A DNA stretch of 64,000 bases from Chitinophagaceae bacterium (lineage in GTDB: Bacteria; Bacteroidota; Bacteroidia; Chitinophagales; JADJOU01). The DNA lies in contig JAFEIJ010000005.1 in NCBI GenBank assembly GCA_017495115.1, forward strand, positions 93,423 to 157,422, given 5' to 3'. The position numbers were made by a program, and so were the translations under genes. The notes beneath the pieces were generated by a model. The model searched no databases. It saw only the letters and a list, made by a program, of their open reading frames with translations, and was not told the DNA's origin. Shown piece after piece: positions 8,624-18,200 of the stretch (within the stretch, counting starts at the first letter, position 1; each line of letters opens with the position of its first letter).

Positions 8624-9868
8624 TTATGCAAGTGCTTGTTCGATATCTGAGATTAAATCTTTAGGATTTTCTACGCCTACCGAAAAACGAATCAATTTTT
8701 CAGTAACATTGATTTGAGCTTTGATCGCATCCGGAACACCAGCGTGCGTCATACTGTATGGATGTTGAATCAAACTTTCGGTACTTCCAAGACTTACGGC
8801 CAACTTAATTAATTGAAGTTTGTCTAAAAAGTCAAAGCATTCTTTTTCACCACCTTTTAAATCAAATGAAATCATAGCTCCTGGCTCCGAACATTGATTT
8901 TTGTATATACGCTCTTGTTCCGCATTTTCAAATTGATCAAAATAATATACTTTCTCTACTTTAGGATGTTGACGAAGATATTTTGCCAATACTTTTGCAT
9001 TCTCACATTGACGCTCCATTCGAAGATTAAGGGTTTCTAAACTTCGTGTCATCAACCAAGCTGTATGAGGTCCACTCATGCCACCTAGATTAGAACGCAT
9101 TTTTTTAACTCTTGCGATTTCTTTTTTACTTCCGATACAAACTCCCGCAACAATATCACTATGCCCACCAATATATTTTGTGGCGCTATAAACAACCATA
9201 TCACAACCCATTTCAAGAGGATGTTGCCAAATTGGACCCATATACGTATTATCAGCTACAACATATACTTTCTTTTCGGGGGTTGATAGTTTTTTTGCAA
9301 TACGCACGCACATTTCGATGTCAATCAAAACATTGTTTGGATTGGCAGGCGTTTCTACAAAAATTACCGAAATTTTATCTTTAGCATCTGAAGCCTCTAT
9401 CAATTTCATAATATCTTCTTCATTGTCATCAGGCATAAAACCTAATGCACCGATGTTATATCGACTTAAAATATTTTTGAAAAAACTATCCGAACCTCCA
9501 TATAAAGGATTCGAATGCAAAACAACTTCTCCGGGTCTTAAATATTCCAACATCGTTGTTGAAATTGCGGCCATACCACTTTCAAAAACACATGCATCTT
9601 CACCACCTTTTTCATAAATGGCTAAACGTGTTTCAACTATTTCTAAATTTGGATTGTTAAAACGACTATAAACAAGTCCATTTGATTGCCCTTCAGGCAA
9701 TTGTCTTTTTCCAGTAAGTACTTCAAAAAAATCTTTACCTTCTTGTGCAGATCTAAAAACAAAGGTGCTGGTTTGAAAAATTGGCGTTTTAACACTACCT
9801 TCACTCCATTCTGGATTATATCCAAAAGTCATCATTAAACTTTCGGGTTGCATTTTTAATTTGTCCAT
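8624..9868 (-). CDS. PLP-dependent Cys/Met-metabolism enzyme (methionine gamma-lyase / cystathionine gamma-synthase family)
   Basis: Family-typical length. PLP-lysine motif YSATKYIGGHSD, and NPNLEIVE... and TPANPNN blocks. Confidence 0.8.
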   Translation of the reverse strand: MDKLKMQPESLMMTFGYNPEWSEGSVKTPIFQTSTFVFRSAQEGKDFFEVLTGKRQLPEGQSNGLVYSRFNNPNLEIVETRLAIYEKGGEDACVFESGMAAISTTMLEYLRPGEVVLHSNPLYGGSDSFFKNILSRYNIGALGFMPDDNEEDIMKLIEASDAKDKISVIFVETPANPNNVLIDIEMCVRIAKKLSTPEKKVYVVADNTYMGPIWQHPLEMGCDMVVYSATKYIGGHSDIVAGVCIGSKKEIARVKKMRSNLGGMSGPHTAWLMTRSLETLNLRMERQCENAKVLAKYLRQHPKVEKVYYFDQFENAEQERIYKNQCSEPGAMISFDLKGGEKECFDFLDKLQLIKLAVSLGSTESLIQHPYSMTHAGVPDAIKAQINVTEKLIRFSVGVENPKDLISDIEQALA

Positions 9869-9882
9869 TTTATTTAATTTGA

Positions 9883-10593
9883 TTATTGAAATTTACGATT
9901 AATGATATCAAGAAAAGTTTGATATATGTCATCTAATTCACTGATATTGTATTTTTGTGCGTATTGATTCATTAAATCTACAGATTCATTTAATGATTTT
10001 TTTTGATTGACTTTCATTAAGCATTCTGAAAGTTCAATAGAGTTTCCTTTGAAGAATTTCTCAACTAAACCAATTCGAGCATTTAGATCAATAAAATCAT
10101 ATATTTCCTTCCCTACTTTTTCTGCCTTTTGTCCAAAAATTGGTTTTTCAATTTTTGGAACCTCTTTTTCAATTACTTTTTCTTCTACTTTTTTATTTTC
10201 AATAACTTTTATGGGCTCGATTTCTACTTCCTCGTTTTCTGTTTTTTCAAAATCAAAATTAAAAGATTCTATAGAAAATATTTCATTTTCAGGAGTATTC
10301 AAGCTTTCTTTAGTTTCTTCTATAACGTTGTTTGATTTCGTTTCAATTGTGTCGTCTAAAGTTATTTCTAGTGGAATTTCTTTAGATTTTATAGTTTCAA
10401 TTACTTCTTTGTGAGTATCCGTAATTAATGTATAATTGTTAGGAGATAAATCTTTAACTAAAGCATATAAATTTTTGATATCTTCGAGCATGATATCTTT
10501 TTTTAATTCATCAAATTCACTCGCTTTAATATCAATATATGTGCTATAAATTCTTTTTATAATTTGATCAATTTTTGGTGTGGGTGTGTTCAT
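9883..10593 (-). CDS. Acidic hypothetical protein (Glu/Lys/Ile-rich central region)
   Basis: 236-aa ORF 14 nt upstream of the PLP-enzyme gene on the same strand. No motif recognised. The overlapping + strand ORFs are low-complexity antisense artefacts. Confidence 0.5.
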   Translation of the reverse strand: MNTPTPKIDQIIKRIYSTYIDIKASEFDELKKDIMLEDIKNLYALVKDLSPNNYTLITDTHKEVIETIKSKEIPLEITLDDTIETKSNNVIEETKESLNTPENEIFSIESFNFDFEKTENEEVEIEPIKVIENKKVEEKVIEKEVPKIEKPIFGQKAEKVGKEIYDFIDLNARIGLVEKFFKGNSIELSECLMKVNQKKSLNESVDLMNQYAQKYNISELDDIYQTFLDIINRKFQ

Positions 10594-10636
10594 TTTTCGT
10601 ATTATTTAAAAAAAAAAAGATATTATTGCCGAATAA

Positions 10637-11209
10637 TTGTATAAAAATATAAACTTTTTGCAAAGAAACGAATTTTTTTTTGGAAAGATCGAAGTAATTT
10701 GTGGTTCTATGTTTTCTGGTAAAACAGAAGAACTCATTCGTAGGCTTAATCGAGCTATTATTGCTCGGAAAGAAGTGGTTATATTTAAGCCCGAATTAGA
10801 TCAAAGATATAGTTTGGATCATGTGGTTTCTCATAATCAATCTAAAATTCCGGCCATTGCAGTCGGCAATACCAAATTAATTTTAGAAATGTCAAAAAAA
10901 CATGAAGTCATTGGAATTGATGAAGCACAATTTTTTGATGAAGGATTATTAAATGTTTGTGAAATTCTTGCTAAAGAAGGAAAAAGAGTAGTTATTGCGG
11001 GTTTAGATATGGATTATCTGGGTAAACCTTTTGGAATTATGCCACAATTGATGGCTATTTCTGATGAAGTGCTTAAACTACATGCGGTTTGTATGCAATG
11101 TGGCGAACAAGCCGTATTTAGTAAAAGACTCCATCAAGCTAGCGATACCGTATTGTTAGGTGCAAAAGAAAATTATGAACCTCGATGTAGGTTTTGTTAT
11201 TTTAACTAG
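10637..11209 (+). CDS. tdk: Thymidine kinase
   Basis: GKIEVICGSMFSGKTEELIRR P-loop and C-terminal CMQCG...CRFC zinc ribbon. The start is uncertain: TTG at 10637, or an in-frame TTG about 21 nt downstream. Confidence 0.9.
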   Translation: MYKNINFLQRNEFFFGKIEVICGSMFSGKTEELIRRLNRAIIARKEVVIFKPELDQRYSLDHVVSHNQSKIPAIAVGNTKLILEMSKKHEVIGIDEAQFFDEGLLNVCEILAKEGKRVVIAGLDMDYLGKPFGIMPQLMAISDEVLKLHAVCMQCGEQAVFSKRLHQASDTVLLGAKENYEPRCRFCYFN

Positions 11210-11219
11210 CCTTTAAAAA

Positions 11220-12322
11220 TTACCATTTTTTTAAAGATTTAAAATATGCAAAAAAAGGTAAGATGCATAATAAAAGCTGCAACGGAAAGTCAAATATAAA
11301 GGTATAATAAAAGAGTTTTCTTTTTAAATTCAGTCGTTTTTCTAAATGAAAGATCCAATACATTTTTGTTATAAGATAAATGCTCAAAAAGAAAAATATA
11401 ATCAAATGAAATGAGAAGTAGCTCATCCAAGCCCAGACGATTACCCAAAATAAAACACTTAAAAATGGCATCATTCCCAATAATATTATTTGCATAGATA
11501 GATAGGTCTTTCCTCCTGCAATGTGTCTGTTTTTTTGTTTTAAGTATTGTAATAATGATTTTGTAGCATAGCTAAAAACCTTAACGTCGGTCATGATTTC
11601 TATTTTTGTTTTATCTGAAATAGATTGTACTATCGAGTCATCATCAGCAAAACCAAATGCTCCAAATTTTTCAAGATAATCTTTATTCCATATTTTTTTC
11701 CGAAATGCCATATTTCTTCCTACGCCCATATATGCATTACCTTTAAGCGTTTGAGAAAGATATTGCAACATGGTATTGAGGGCATCAAAACGAACAAATT
11801 GGCTTAAAATATTAGTATGGCTAATATATGGAGAAACGCCCAAAACGCAATCGATATGATGGTTTGAAAAAGGAGTAATTAATTCATAAAGCCATAAATC
11901 GGAATCTGGATAACAATCCGCGTCAATTGTAGCAATGAAATCATACTTTGCTTTTTGAATACCAAAATGTAATGCTTGTTTTTTAAGAGAATAGGGGAGT
12001 TGCATTTCCGAAATATCCCAAAACTGAATATTTTTTTCTTGGAGATTTAATAAATATTCAAGCGTGTCATTTTTTAATTGATTTCCAATGATTATAATTT
12101 CAAAATTGATATTTTTTTGTTGAATAATTCGAGGAAGATAATTTTTTAGATGTGGTGCATCGCCTTTTATGCAAAGGATAACACTTACGGCATCATTGAT
12201 ATTTGAATACTGCTTTTTTTTTTACTTAAAAATCTAAATAAATCATTATAATAGTAAAAATGCCAATAAAGCAAAAAACAAAGAATCCCAAAAAGAAAAC
12301 TTCCGAAAAGCCATTCGATCAT
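11220..12322 (-). pseudogene. Family-2 glycosyltransferase interrupted by a frameshift in an A10 (T10 on +) tract
   Basis: The ATG at 12322 (11 nt after the gldD-like stop) encodes a TM helix, MIEWLFGSFLFGILCFLLYWHFYYYNDLFRFLSKKK. After the A10 run this frame stops 9 codons later. The typical GT2 beta1 (VSVILCIKGD...EIIIIGN...IDADCYP) continues in another frame into the tracked ORF 11220..12005. One extra A restores a single ~367-aa ORF. Confidence 0.75.
12214..12223. repeat. T10/A10 homopolymer at the GT2 frameshift site
   Basis: Counted directly: tgc + 10 t + actt on the + strand. Confidence 0.95.
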
Positions 12323-12332
12323 GTTATTCGTT

Positions 12333-12917
12333 TTAGTAAAATGTAAAGGTATTAATTAAATGCAATAAATCCTTGTCGATAAATTGAATAACCGGTCTCA
12401 TTGAATCAATATTTGGCTGGTTTTCGTAATACATGGCACCTCGGATAAAATGATTTTTTTGGTCTGTTAAAACAAATTGTTTATCCGAAGCGGCATTGCC
12501 TCCTACAGAATAAATTAAACCTTTTATTTTAGGGTTGTCTATAATACTGTCTTTGATATAACTTGCTTTTATGGTATGTTTGGAAGTTAAACGGTAGTTG
12601 TCTTCCATCAAACGAAGCAGCGTATTCGTGTTTTCAAAATATTTATAGCTAATATGAAGCGTTCCATTAAATTGAGGAAAAACAATATTGACCCAACAAC
12701 TGTCGCCTTTTAATCTTTGATTTCTAAAAAAATCTTTAGATTGAATTTGAGCATAAGTTGGAATTTCAAATTCAAAATCACACTCTGAAATATATTTTGT
12801 ATAACTTTTTTTTGGAAAATAAACTCTTGGGTAGGATTTTTCTTTAGGCAACTGTTGCGTGCATGAAACGAAGATAACTATCAATAAAAATTGCAGTAGC
12901 CATAAATTTCGTTTCAT
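12333..12917 (-). CDS. gldD: Probable gliding-motility lipoprotein GldD
   Basis: Lipoprotein signal MKRNLWLLQFLLIVIFVSC. The LPKEKSYPRVYFPKKSY start, FPQFNGTLHISYK and FIRGAMYYENQPNIDSMRPV blocks match my recollection of the GldD family. I prefer the ATG at 12917 over the TTG at 12935. Confidence 0.55.
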   Translation of the reverse strand: MKRNLWLLQFLLIVIFVSCTQQLPKEKSYPRVYFPKKSYTKYISECDFEFEIPTYAQIQSKDFFRNQRLKGDSCWVNIVFPQFNGTLHISYKYFENTNTLLRLMEDNYRLTSKHTIKASYIKDSIIDNPKIKGLIYSVGGNAASDKQFVLTDQKNHFIRGAMYYENQPNIDSMRPVIQFIDKDLLHLINTFTFY

Positions 12918-12944
12918 AAAGATATTTTCAATCAAAATAAATGA

Positions 12945-13502
12945 TTACTTTTTCTTTCCTTTAGGAATTAAGGTCATAAACATTCTTCTTCCTTCTAGTT
13001 TTGGCATTGCTTCTACACTTGCTACATCTTCGAGTCGCTTAGCAAAGTTTAACAACAATAAATTACCTCGATCTTTAAAAACAATATCACGACCTCTAAA
13101 CATCACATAACATTTTACTTTATCTCCATCATTTAAAAATTTCTCAGCATGTTTTGCTTTAAAATCCAAATCATGTTCGTCGGTATTTGAAGAAAATCGA
13201 ATTTCTTTGATAACGGTTTTTACAGCTTTAGCTTTTATTTCTTTGTCTCTTTTTTTCTTTTCGTAAAGAAACTTTTTGTAATCCATTATTTTACAAACAG
13301 GAGGATCCACATTTGGAGAAATTTCAACCAAGTCTAATTCTTGTTGGTAGGCCATCTCTAATGCTTTATCTGTATAGTAAATGCCCGGTTCGATATTTTC
13401 ACCGACAAGTCTTATTTGGCTATTTGTGATTTTTTCGTTAATTCGATGTTCGTCTTCTTTCTTAACGAATCTGTTATTTCTTTGAAAAGGTTTTTTCTGC
13501 AA
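12945..13502 (-). CDS. infC: Translation initiation factor IF-3
   Basis: INEKITNSQIRLVGENIEPG...LDLVEISPNVDPPVCKIMDYKKFLYEKKK...FRGR. The start codon is ambiguous (TTG 13502, or ATT at 13505 or 13514). Confidence 0.92.
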   Translation of the reverse strand: MQKKPFQRNNRFVKKEDEHRINEKITNSQIRLVGENIEPGIYYTDKALEMAYQQELDLVEISPNVDPPVCKIMDYKKFLYEKKKRDKEIKAKAVKTVIKEIRFSSNTDEHDLDFKAKHAEKFLNDGDKVKCYVMFRGRDIVFKDRGNLLLLNFAKRLEDVASVEAMPKLEGRRMFMTLIPKGKKK

Positions 13503-13564
13503 AATGTTAAAAATTTAATTTTGAGTGTAAAAATAATTAGATTCTTCTAATTTCAAAGTTTTTT

Positions 13565-14224
13565 TTATTGATCAAACCTTTGGTTAACTTTTTGCCAATC
13601 AATTATATTTAAAATATTGGATAAATATTCGCCTCGTTTACTATTATATTTTAGATAGTATGCGTGCTCCCATACATCAATTCCAAGAAGCGGTTTGCCA
13701 TTACATTTTTGATTTGCCATTAATGGATTATCTTGATTACTTGTTGAACAAACTTCAATTTGATTATTATGGTTTTTTACAACCCAAACCCATCCCGAAC
13801 CAAAAATTTTAGTTCCTGATTCAATGATATTTTTTTTAAGAGAATCGATGTTTCCAAATTGACGGATGATTTGATGGCTTAAATTGGTTGTGGTATCAAA
13901 AATGGCTTCTTTTCTTAGCGTTTTCCAAAAAAAACTGTGGTTCCAATGTCCACCTCCATGATTTCGGATTGCCAATGGTAAACTATCCATTTTTAAAAAT
14001 AAATTTTCTAGAGTTTCGTTTTTAAATTTTGCATTTTCAAGTGCTTTATTTAAATTCGTTACATAGCCTTTGTGATGATTATTGTAATGTATTTTCATGG
14101 TTTGACTATCGATGATTGGCTCAAAAACATCATAATTGTAATCTAATTTTGGTAGCTCATAAGGAAATTGAGCATTTGAAATGGTGCTTATAAAAAGCAT
14201 AAATAATAAAGTAATATTTTTCAT
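13565..14224 (-). CDS. sod: Fe/Mn-family superoxide dismutase with an N-terminal signal peptide
   Basis: MKNITLLFMLFISTISNA precedes the canonical N-terminus FPYELPKLDYNYDVFEPIIDSQTMKIHYNNHHKGYV. C-terminal DVWEHAYYLKY motif. Confidence 0.9.
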   Translation of the reverse strand: MKNITLLFMLFISTISNAQFPYELPKLDYNYDVFEPIIDSQTMKIHYNNHHKGYVTNLNKALENAKFKNETLENLFLKMDSLPLAIRNHGGGHWNHSFFWKTLRKEAIFDTTTNLSHQIIRQFGNIDSLKKNIIESGTKIFGSGWVWVVKNHNNQIEVCSTSNQDNPLMANQKCNGKPLLGIDVWEHAYYLKYNSKRGEYLSNILNIIDWQKVNQRFDQ

Positions 14225-14235
14225 TTTAAAAAAAT

Positions 14236-14949
14236 TTAAGCGTTAATGATTTTGCGAATAACGAAGCTTGCCATCGTCATTCCAAACATTGCGGGCATAT
14301 AAGAAATCGTCCCATAAAAGGATTTCTTATACAAGGTGTCAGGGCTTAAAGCCATAGTTGTTTTTGAAACAGGTTCGTCAGAATAAACCACTTTTACGCC
14401 ATAACTAAACTTTTCTTTCCGAAGTCTTTTTCGTATATCTCTCGAAAAATAACAGTCTCTAGTGTCATTGATATCTGTTATTTTAATTCGACTTGGATCC
14501 ATTTTTCCTCCGGCTCCCATACTCGAAATAAATGGAATTTTATTCTTTTTGCAATGAATGATTAATGTAATTTTTGGCGTTATGGAATCAATGCAATCTA
14601 AAACAAAGTCAACGTCTTTAGGAACAACTTGTTCTACCTCTTCGGGCATTATAAATTGTTGCAAAATTTGAATTTCGGCATTTGGGTTGATATCTAAGAG
14701 GCGTTTGCGCATGATTTCTACTTTAGCTTCATCAATTGTTGAATGAAGCGCAGGAAGCTGCCTGTTGATATTTGATTTTTGTACAACATCACCATCTATT
14801 AGGGTTATTTTACCAACTCCTGCTCTGCAAATTGCTTCGGCTGCGTAACTTCCTACGCCACCAACACCAACTATTAAAACATGAGACTTCGCTAGTTTTT
14901 GAATGCCATCATCTTTTATTAGTAATAAACTGCGTTCTAAAAAACTCAT
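14236..14949 (-). CDS. tcdA: tRNA threonylcarbamoyladenosine dehydratase (ThiF/E1-like, TcdA/CsdL)
   Basis: VLIVGVGGVGSYAAEAICRAGVGKITLIDGDVVQKSNINRQ Rossmann motif. About 237 aa, as in the TcdA family. Confidence 0.8.
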   Translation of the reverse strand: MSFLERSLLLIKDDGIQKLAKSHVLIVGVGGVGSYAAEAICRAGVGKITLIDGDVVQKSNINRQLPALHSTIDEAKVEIMRKRLLDINPNAEIQILQQFIMPEEVEQVVPKDVDFVLDCIDSITPKITLIIHCKKNKIPFISSMGAGGKMDPSRIKITDINDTRDCYFSRDIRKRLRKEKFSYGVKVVYSDEPVSKTTMALSPDTLYKKSFYGTISYMPAMFGMTMASFVIRKIINA

Positions 14950-15031
14950 TAAAAATTAAGGATTTAGCTAAATGAATTGCTCTTATTTTGCAAAAATACA
15001 AAAAAAAACGTTTCAAATTTGAAAAAGATTT

Positions 15032-15039
15032 TATATTTG
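15032..15039 (+). promoter_or_regulatory. Candidate -7 promoter element (TATATTTG) for tRNA-His
   Basis: TAnnTTTG match 42 nt upstream of the tRNA 5' end. Confidence 0.35.
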
Positions 15040-15080
15040 CAAACTTTTTGTAAAACAGCATTACGCTTGTTTACTGAAAT

Positions 15081-15155
15081 GGAGGTTGTAGCTCAGTCGG
15101 TTAGAGCATCGGTTTGTGGTTCCGAGGGTCGTGGGTTCGAATCCCATCATCCTCC
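15081..15155 (+). tRNA. tRNA-His (anticodon GTG at 15116-15118) with encoded G-1 and C73; no encoded CCA
   Basis: Hand-folded cloverleaf. Acceptor GAGGTTG/CATCCTC has one U-U mismatch. D arm GCTC/GAGC, anticodon loop TTGTGGT, T arm GTGGG-TTCGAAT-CCCAT. The extra 5' G pairs with discriminator C, which is diagnostic of bacterial tRNA-His. Confidence 0.9.
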
Positions 15156-15165
15156 CTTTAAAAAA

Positions 15166-15194
15166 GCCCTTAATTAATTTTAAGGGCTTTTTTT
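15166..15194 (+). terminator. Rho-independent terminator after tRNA-His
   Basis: Stem GCCCTTA/TAAGGGC (15166-15172 / 15181-15187), 8-nt loop, then T7. An A5 run upstream makes it potentially bidirectional. Confidence 0.7.
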
Positions 15195-15254
15195 ATTTAC
15201 GCACATTTTTTAAACTCTTAGCACAATATTTTCTTAAAATTAATAAAATTATTG

Positions 15255-15262
15255 TATATTTG
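15255..15262 (+). promoter_or_regulatory. Candidate -7 promoter element (TATATTTG) for the giant T9SS cargo operon
   Basis: TAnnTTTG match 17 nt upstream of the ATG at 15279. Confidence 0.35.
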
Positions 15263-15278
15263 CCCCAATTTTAGATCT

Positions 15279-18200
15279 ATGGGAAAATTCTATACTTTAT
15301 TAATTTTATTGGTTTTATTGACAATTAAGATAAATTCACAATCGATCTCTACCAATACTATTTACAGTCCGACAGACCCCTTTTTAGGAGGAATTTCATT
15401 TAATATTGAAAATACATTAGCTCAAACGATTCGTGTTACATCAATTTCAAGTATTCATACCCTAAATGCGCCTTCTCAAAATGCGATTTGTAAAGTTTGG
15501 TATCGAACGACACCTGTAGCGGCATATCCAGGTGCCATAAGCACTCTAAATGGATGGACATTAGCAAAAACACAAACAAAATTTGGATTGTCAACTTCAA
15601 TATCACCTTTTGTAACAGGATTAAATATCGACATTCCCGCGGGTGCTAGATTTGCTTTTTTTATAGAATCAGATAAAACTTCCGCATCTCAATTTGTTGT
15701 TCAGCCTAAAAGAGATACATTTACAAATGCTGGGGTAAGACTTATAGCGGGAACAAATGTTGGATATTCAGGGCCTTTAGCTGCACCACTTTCTACGCCA
15801 AGAGGGTTTATTGGTACGGTAAATTTTCAGCCTATTACTCCTTGTAACGCAATGCCTAATGCTGGAACAATTAATTTTAATTCAGGTTTTTGTAATGGTC
15901 AGAATAAAGTTTTTGAAATCGAAAATTATACATTTGGAGAAAATTTGAATTTTCAATGGCAAAGTAGTTCAGATGGTGTTAATTTTACTGATATTGTTGG
16001 TCAAACGGGTTTTTCATTAAATCGTACGATGACCACTAATTCTTATTTTAGAATGAAAGTTACGTGTACAAACACAAGTCAAACCGCCTTTTCAACTGCT
16101 GTTTATGATACGTTATTCCCTCCAGCTTATTGTACTTGTAATAATTATCCTCAGTTTACATCAGAAGAGGAAGAAGAGATTTTAGAAGTATCTATCAACG
16201 GAAGTTCAAGAACTTCAGATTGCTCAAATATACCTGCAGGTGCAGGTCTTCAAAGCATATTAGGTAAAGTAACAGATTGGAAACCTTTAGGTGTTTTTGT
16301 TGATTTAAAACAAGGCTCTGCAAATCTTTTAAAGTTGAATTTAGGATCTTGCGGAACACAACAAAACGCGCGATCGGCCGAAGTTTTTATCGATTTAAAT
16401 GGTAATCGAATTTTTGATGAACCTTCTGTTTATAGTATAAATTTAACAAATCAAGATCCTGTTGGCGAAGTTTTAGGGGTCATAAATATCCCTTCAAACG
16501 CCGGAGGTGGTCAATTGAGTGCATTAAATACAAAATTGCGCGTTTTGATGCGTATAATCTATAAAACAGGTACGGCCGCTATAGCTTCTTGTCCTGCATC
16601 TACTCTAATATATGCCTCTGGAGAAATTGAAGATCATATTGTAAATTTAGAATTTTCGCCTAATTGTACTGGAACACCAATTTCGGGATCGGTAGAAGGA
16701 ACACGAGGATTTTGTCCAGGCGAGTTGTCTACGTTCTCAAATATTAATAGTTCTGTAGCTCCAAATATTACAAGAGCTTGGGATACCGCTGCTTCTCCAA
16801 CAGGACCTTGGGGAGCAGTAGTTGGTCAAACTGGGCAGACTATCAATTTAAACTTACAAAGAACAACTTTTGTAAGATGCAAAGTGATTTGTGCGGCTTC
16901 TGGTTTAGAAGCGACTACTTCAGTTTTTATAGATACTGTTAAAAATGCCATTTTTTGTGAATGTAAATACAATTTTGTAACAAATACTACAACAAACATA
17001 AATAATTATTTTCTACAAGATTTTGTATTACGAGGGCATTATAATACAAATTTAGTTGATTTAGGTACAGGAATGTCTTTAAGCCCTATGCGATATTCAG
17101 ACTTTAGGAACAAATTTTCCAACCCCGTTCGAATCCACCCTAATGAGCCATTTAATATGGAACTTTTTGCGGTCTCAGATGTGCCAGCAAATAGTCATGC
17201 TTCGGTATACTTAGATACTAATATGAATGGCTTAGATGCGGCAGATCGAATTTATGCTACCAATGCTACCGTTAAAATATCTAATAATCCTGCAAATCCT
17301 ACCATTACTCCTAATATAACCCTAAATTCTTCTAAATTGGGTTTAGCTTTATTAAGAGTGGTATATAGAAATGCTGCATCAAATGCAATTACTCCTTGTC
17401 AAGCTACACCTGCTAGTTTACAAGCAGAAACTCATGATTATCTAGTAAATATTTATAGGCCTGATTTAGATTTGAAATTAATTAGTATAGATAATCTGAC
17501 ATCAGGTTGTAGCAAAACACTAACGCCTATTCAGTTTTCAATCAATAATAAAGCAAGGATTCCAATTGCTCCAATTTTAACTTATTCAATAAATGGAGGT
17601 TCTCCAGTAAGAGATACCTTTGGTATCCTAAATGTTAATGAAACCAAGCAATTTACTTTTTCAAAATTAGCAGATTTTACCAATTTAACTGGTGTTATTA
17701 CGGTTAAAGTATGGATAAACAATATTGGGGATGAAAATACTAAAGATAATGAGATAGAAGTTAATATTTCAAATTTTTTAACACCACCTATTCCTACGAC
17801 TAAAAATGATACGGTTTGTAGTAATGAAAATATATCTGTTTTAAGTGCACAATCACCAATTGGCTATGAATCTATTTGGTATAAAGATATCTTAGGTACC
17901 ATATTTGATACAATAAGTAGCGCTAAAGTAATAAGAAATCCTGCAACGTCTCAGTCATTTTATACTAAATCTGCTTATTTCTCAACGGCTTCTACCGGGC
18001 TTCCAACTCCAATTTTAAGTACGCAAAGTTTGGTTCAGAATATGGGTCAGGTAATACGAATTCAAAAGGCGCTTGTTAAAATTAACTCAGTAGATGTTCA
18101 CTCGACGTCATCGTTAGTTGATACGTTGATTGTTGCTTTAAATACAAGTACGGGAGTATTAATACGAAGAGATTCATTTTTTACTTCAGGTCCTGGAGTT

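Noticed and set aside
10007-10414. 135-aa and 68-aa + strand ORFs
   Set aside because: They are antisense to the acidic 236-aa protein gene. They are Ser/Phe/Ile-rich mirror-image translations typical of the reverse strand of a Glu/Lys-rich gene.
10608-10618. A11 homopolymer in the divergent tdk / acidic-protein intergenic region as a phase-variable promoter spacer
   Set aside because: It lies in a 43-bp AT-rich spacer with no recognisable -33/-7 elements flanking it at a length-sensitive distance. There is nothing beyond its length to support a switch.
14977-15177. 66-aa + strand ORF
   Set aside because: It runs straight through the tRNA-His gene (15081-15155) and its promoter region. It is an artefact of an open frame in non-coding DNA.
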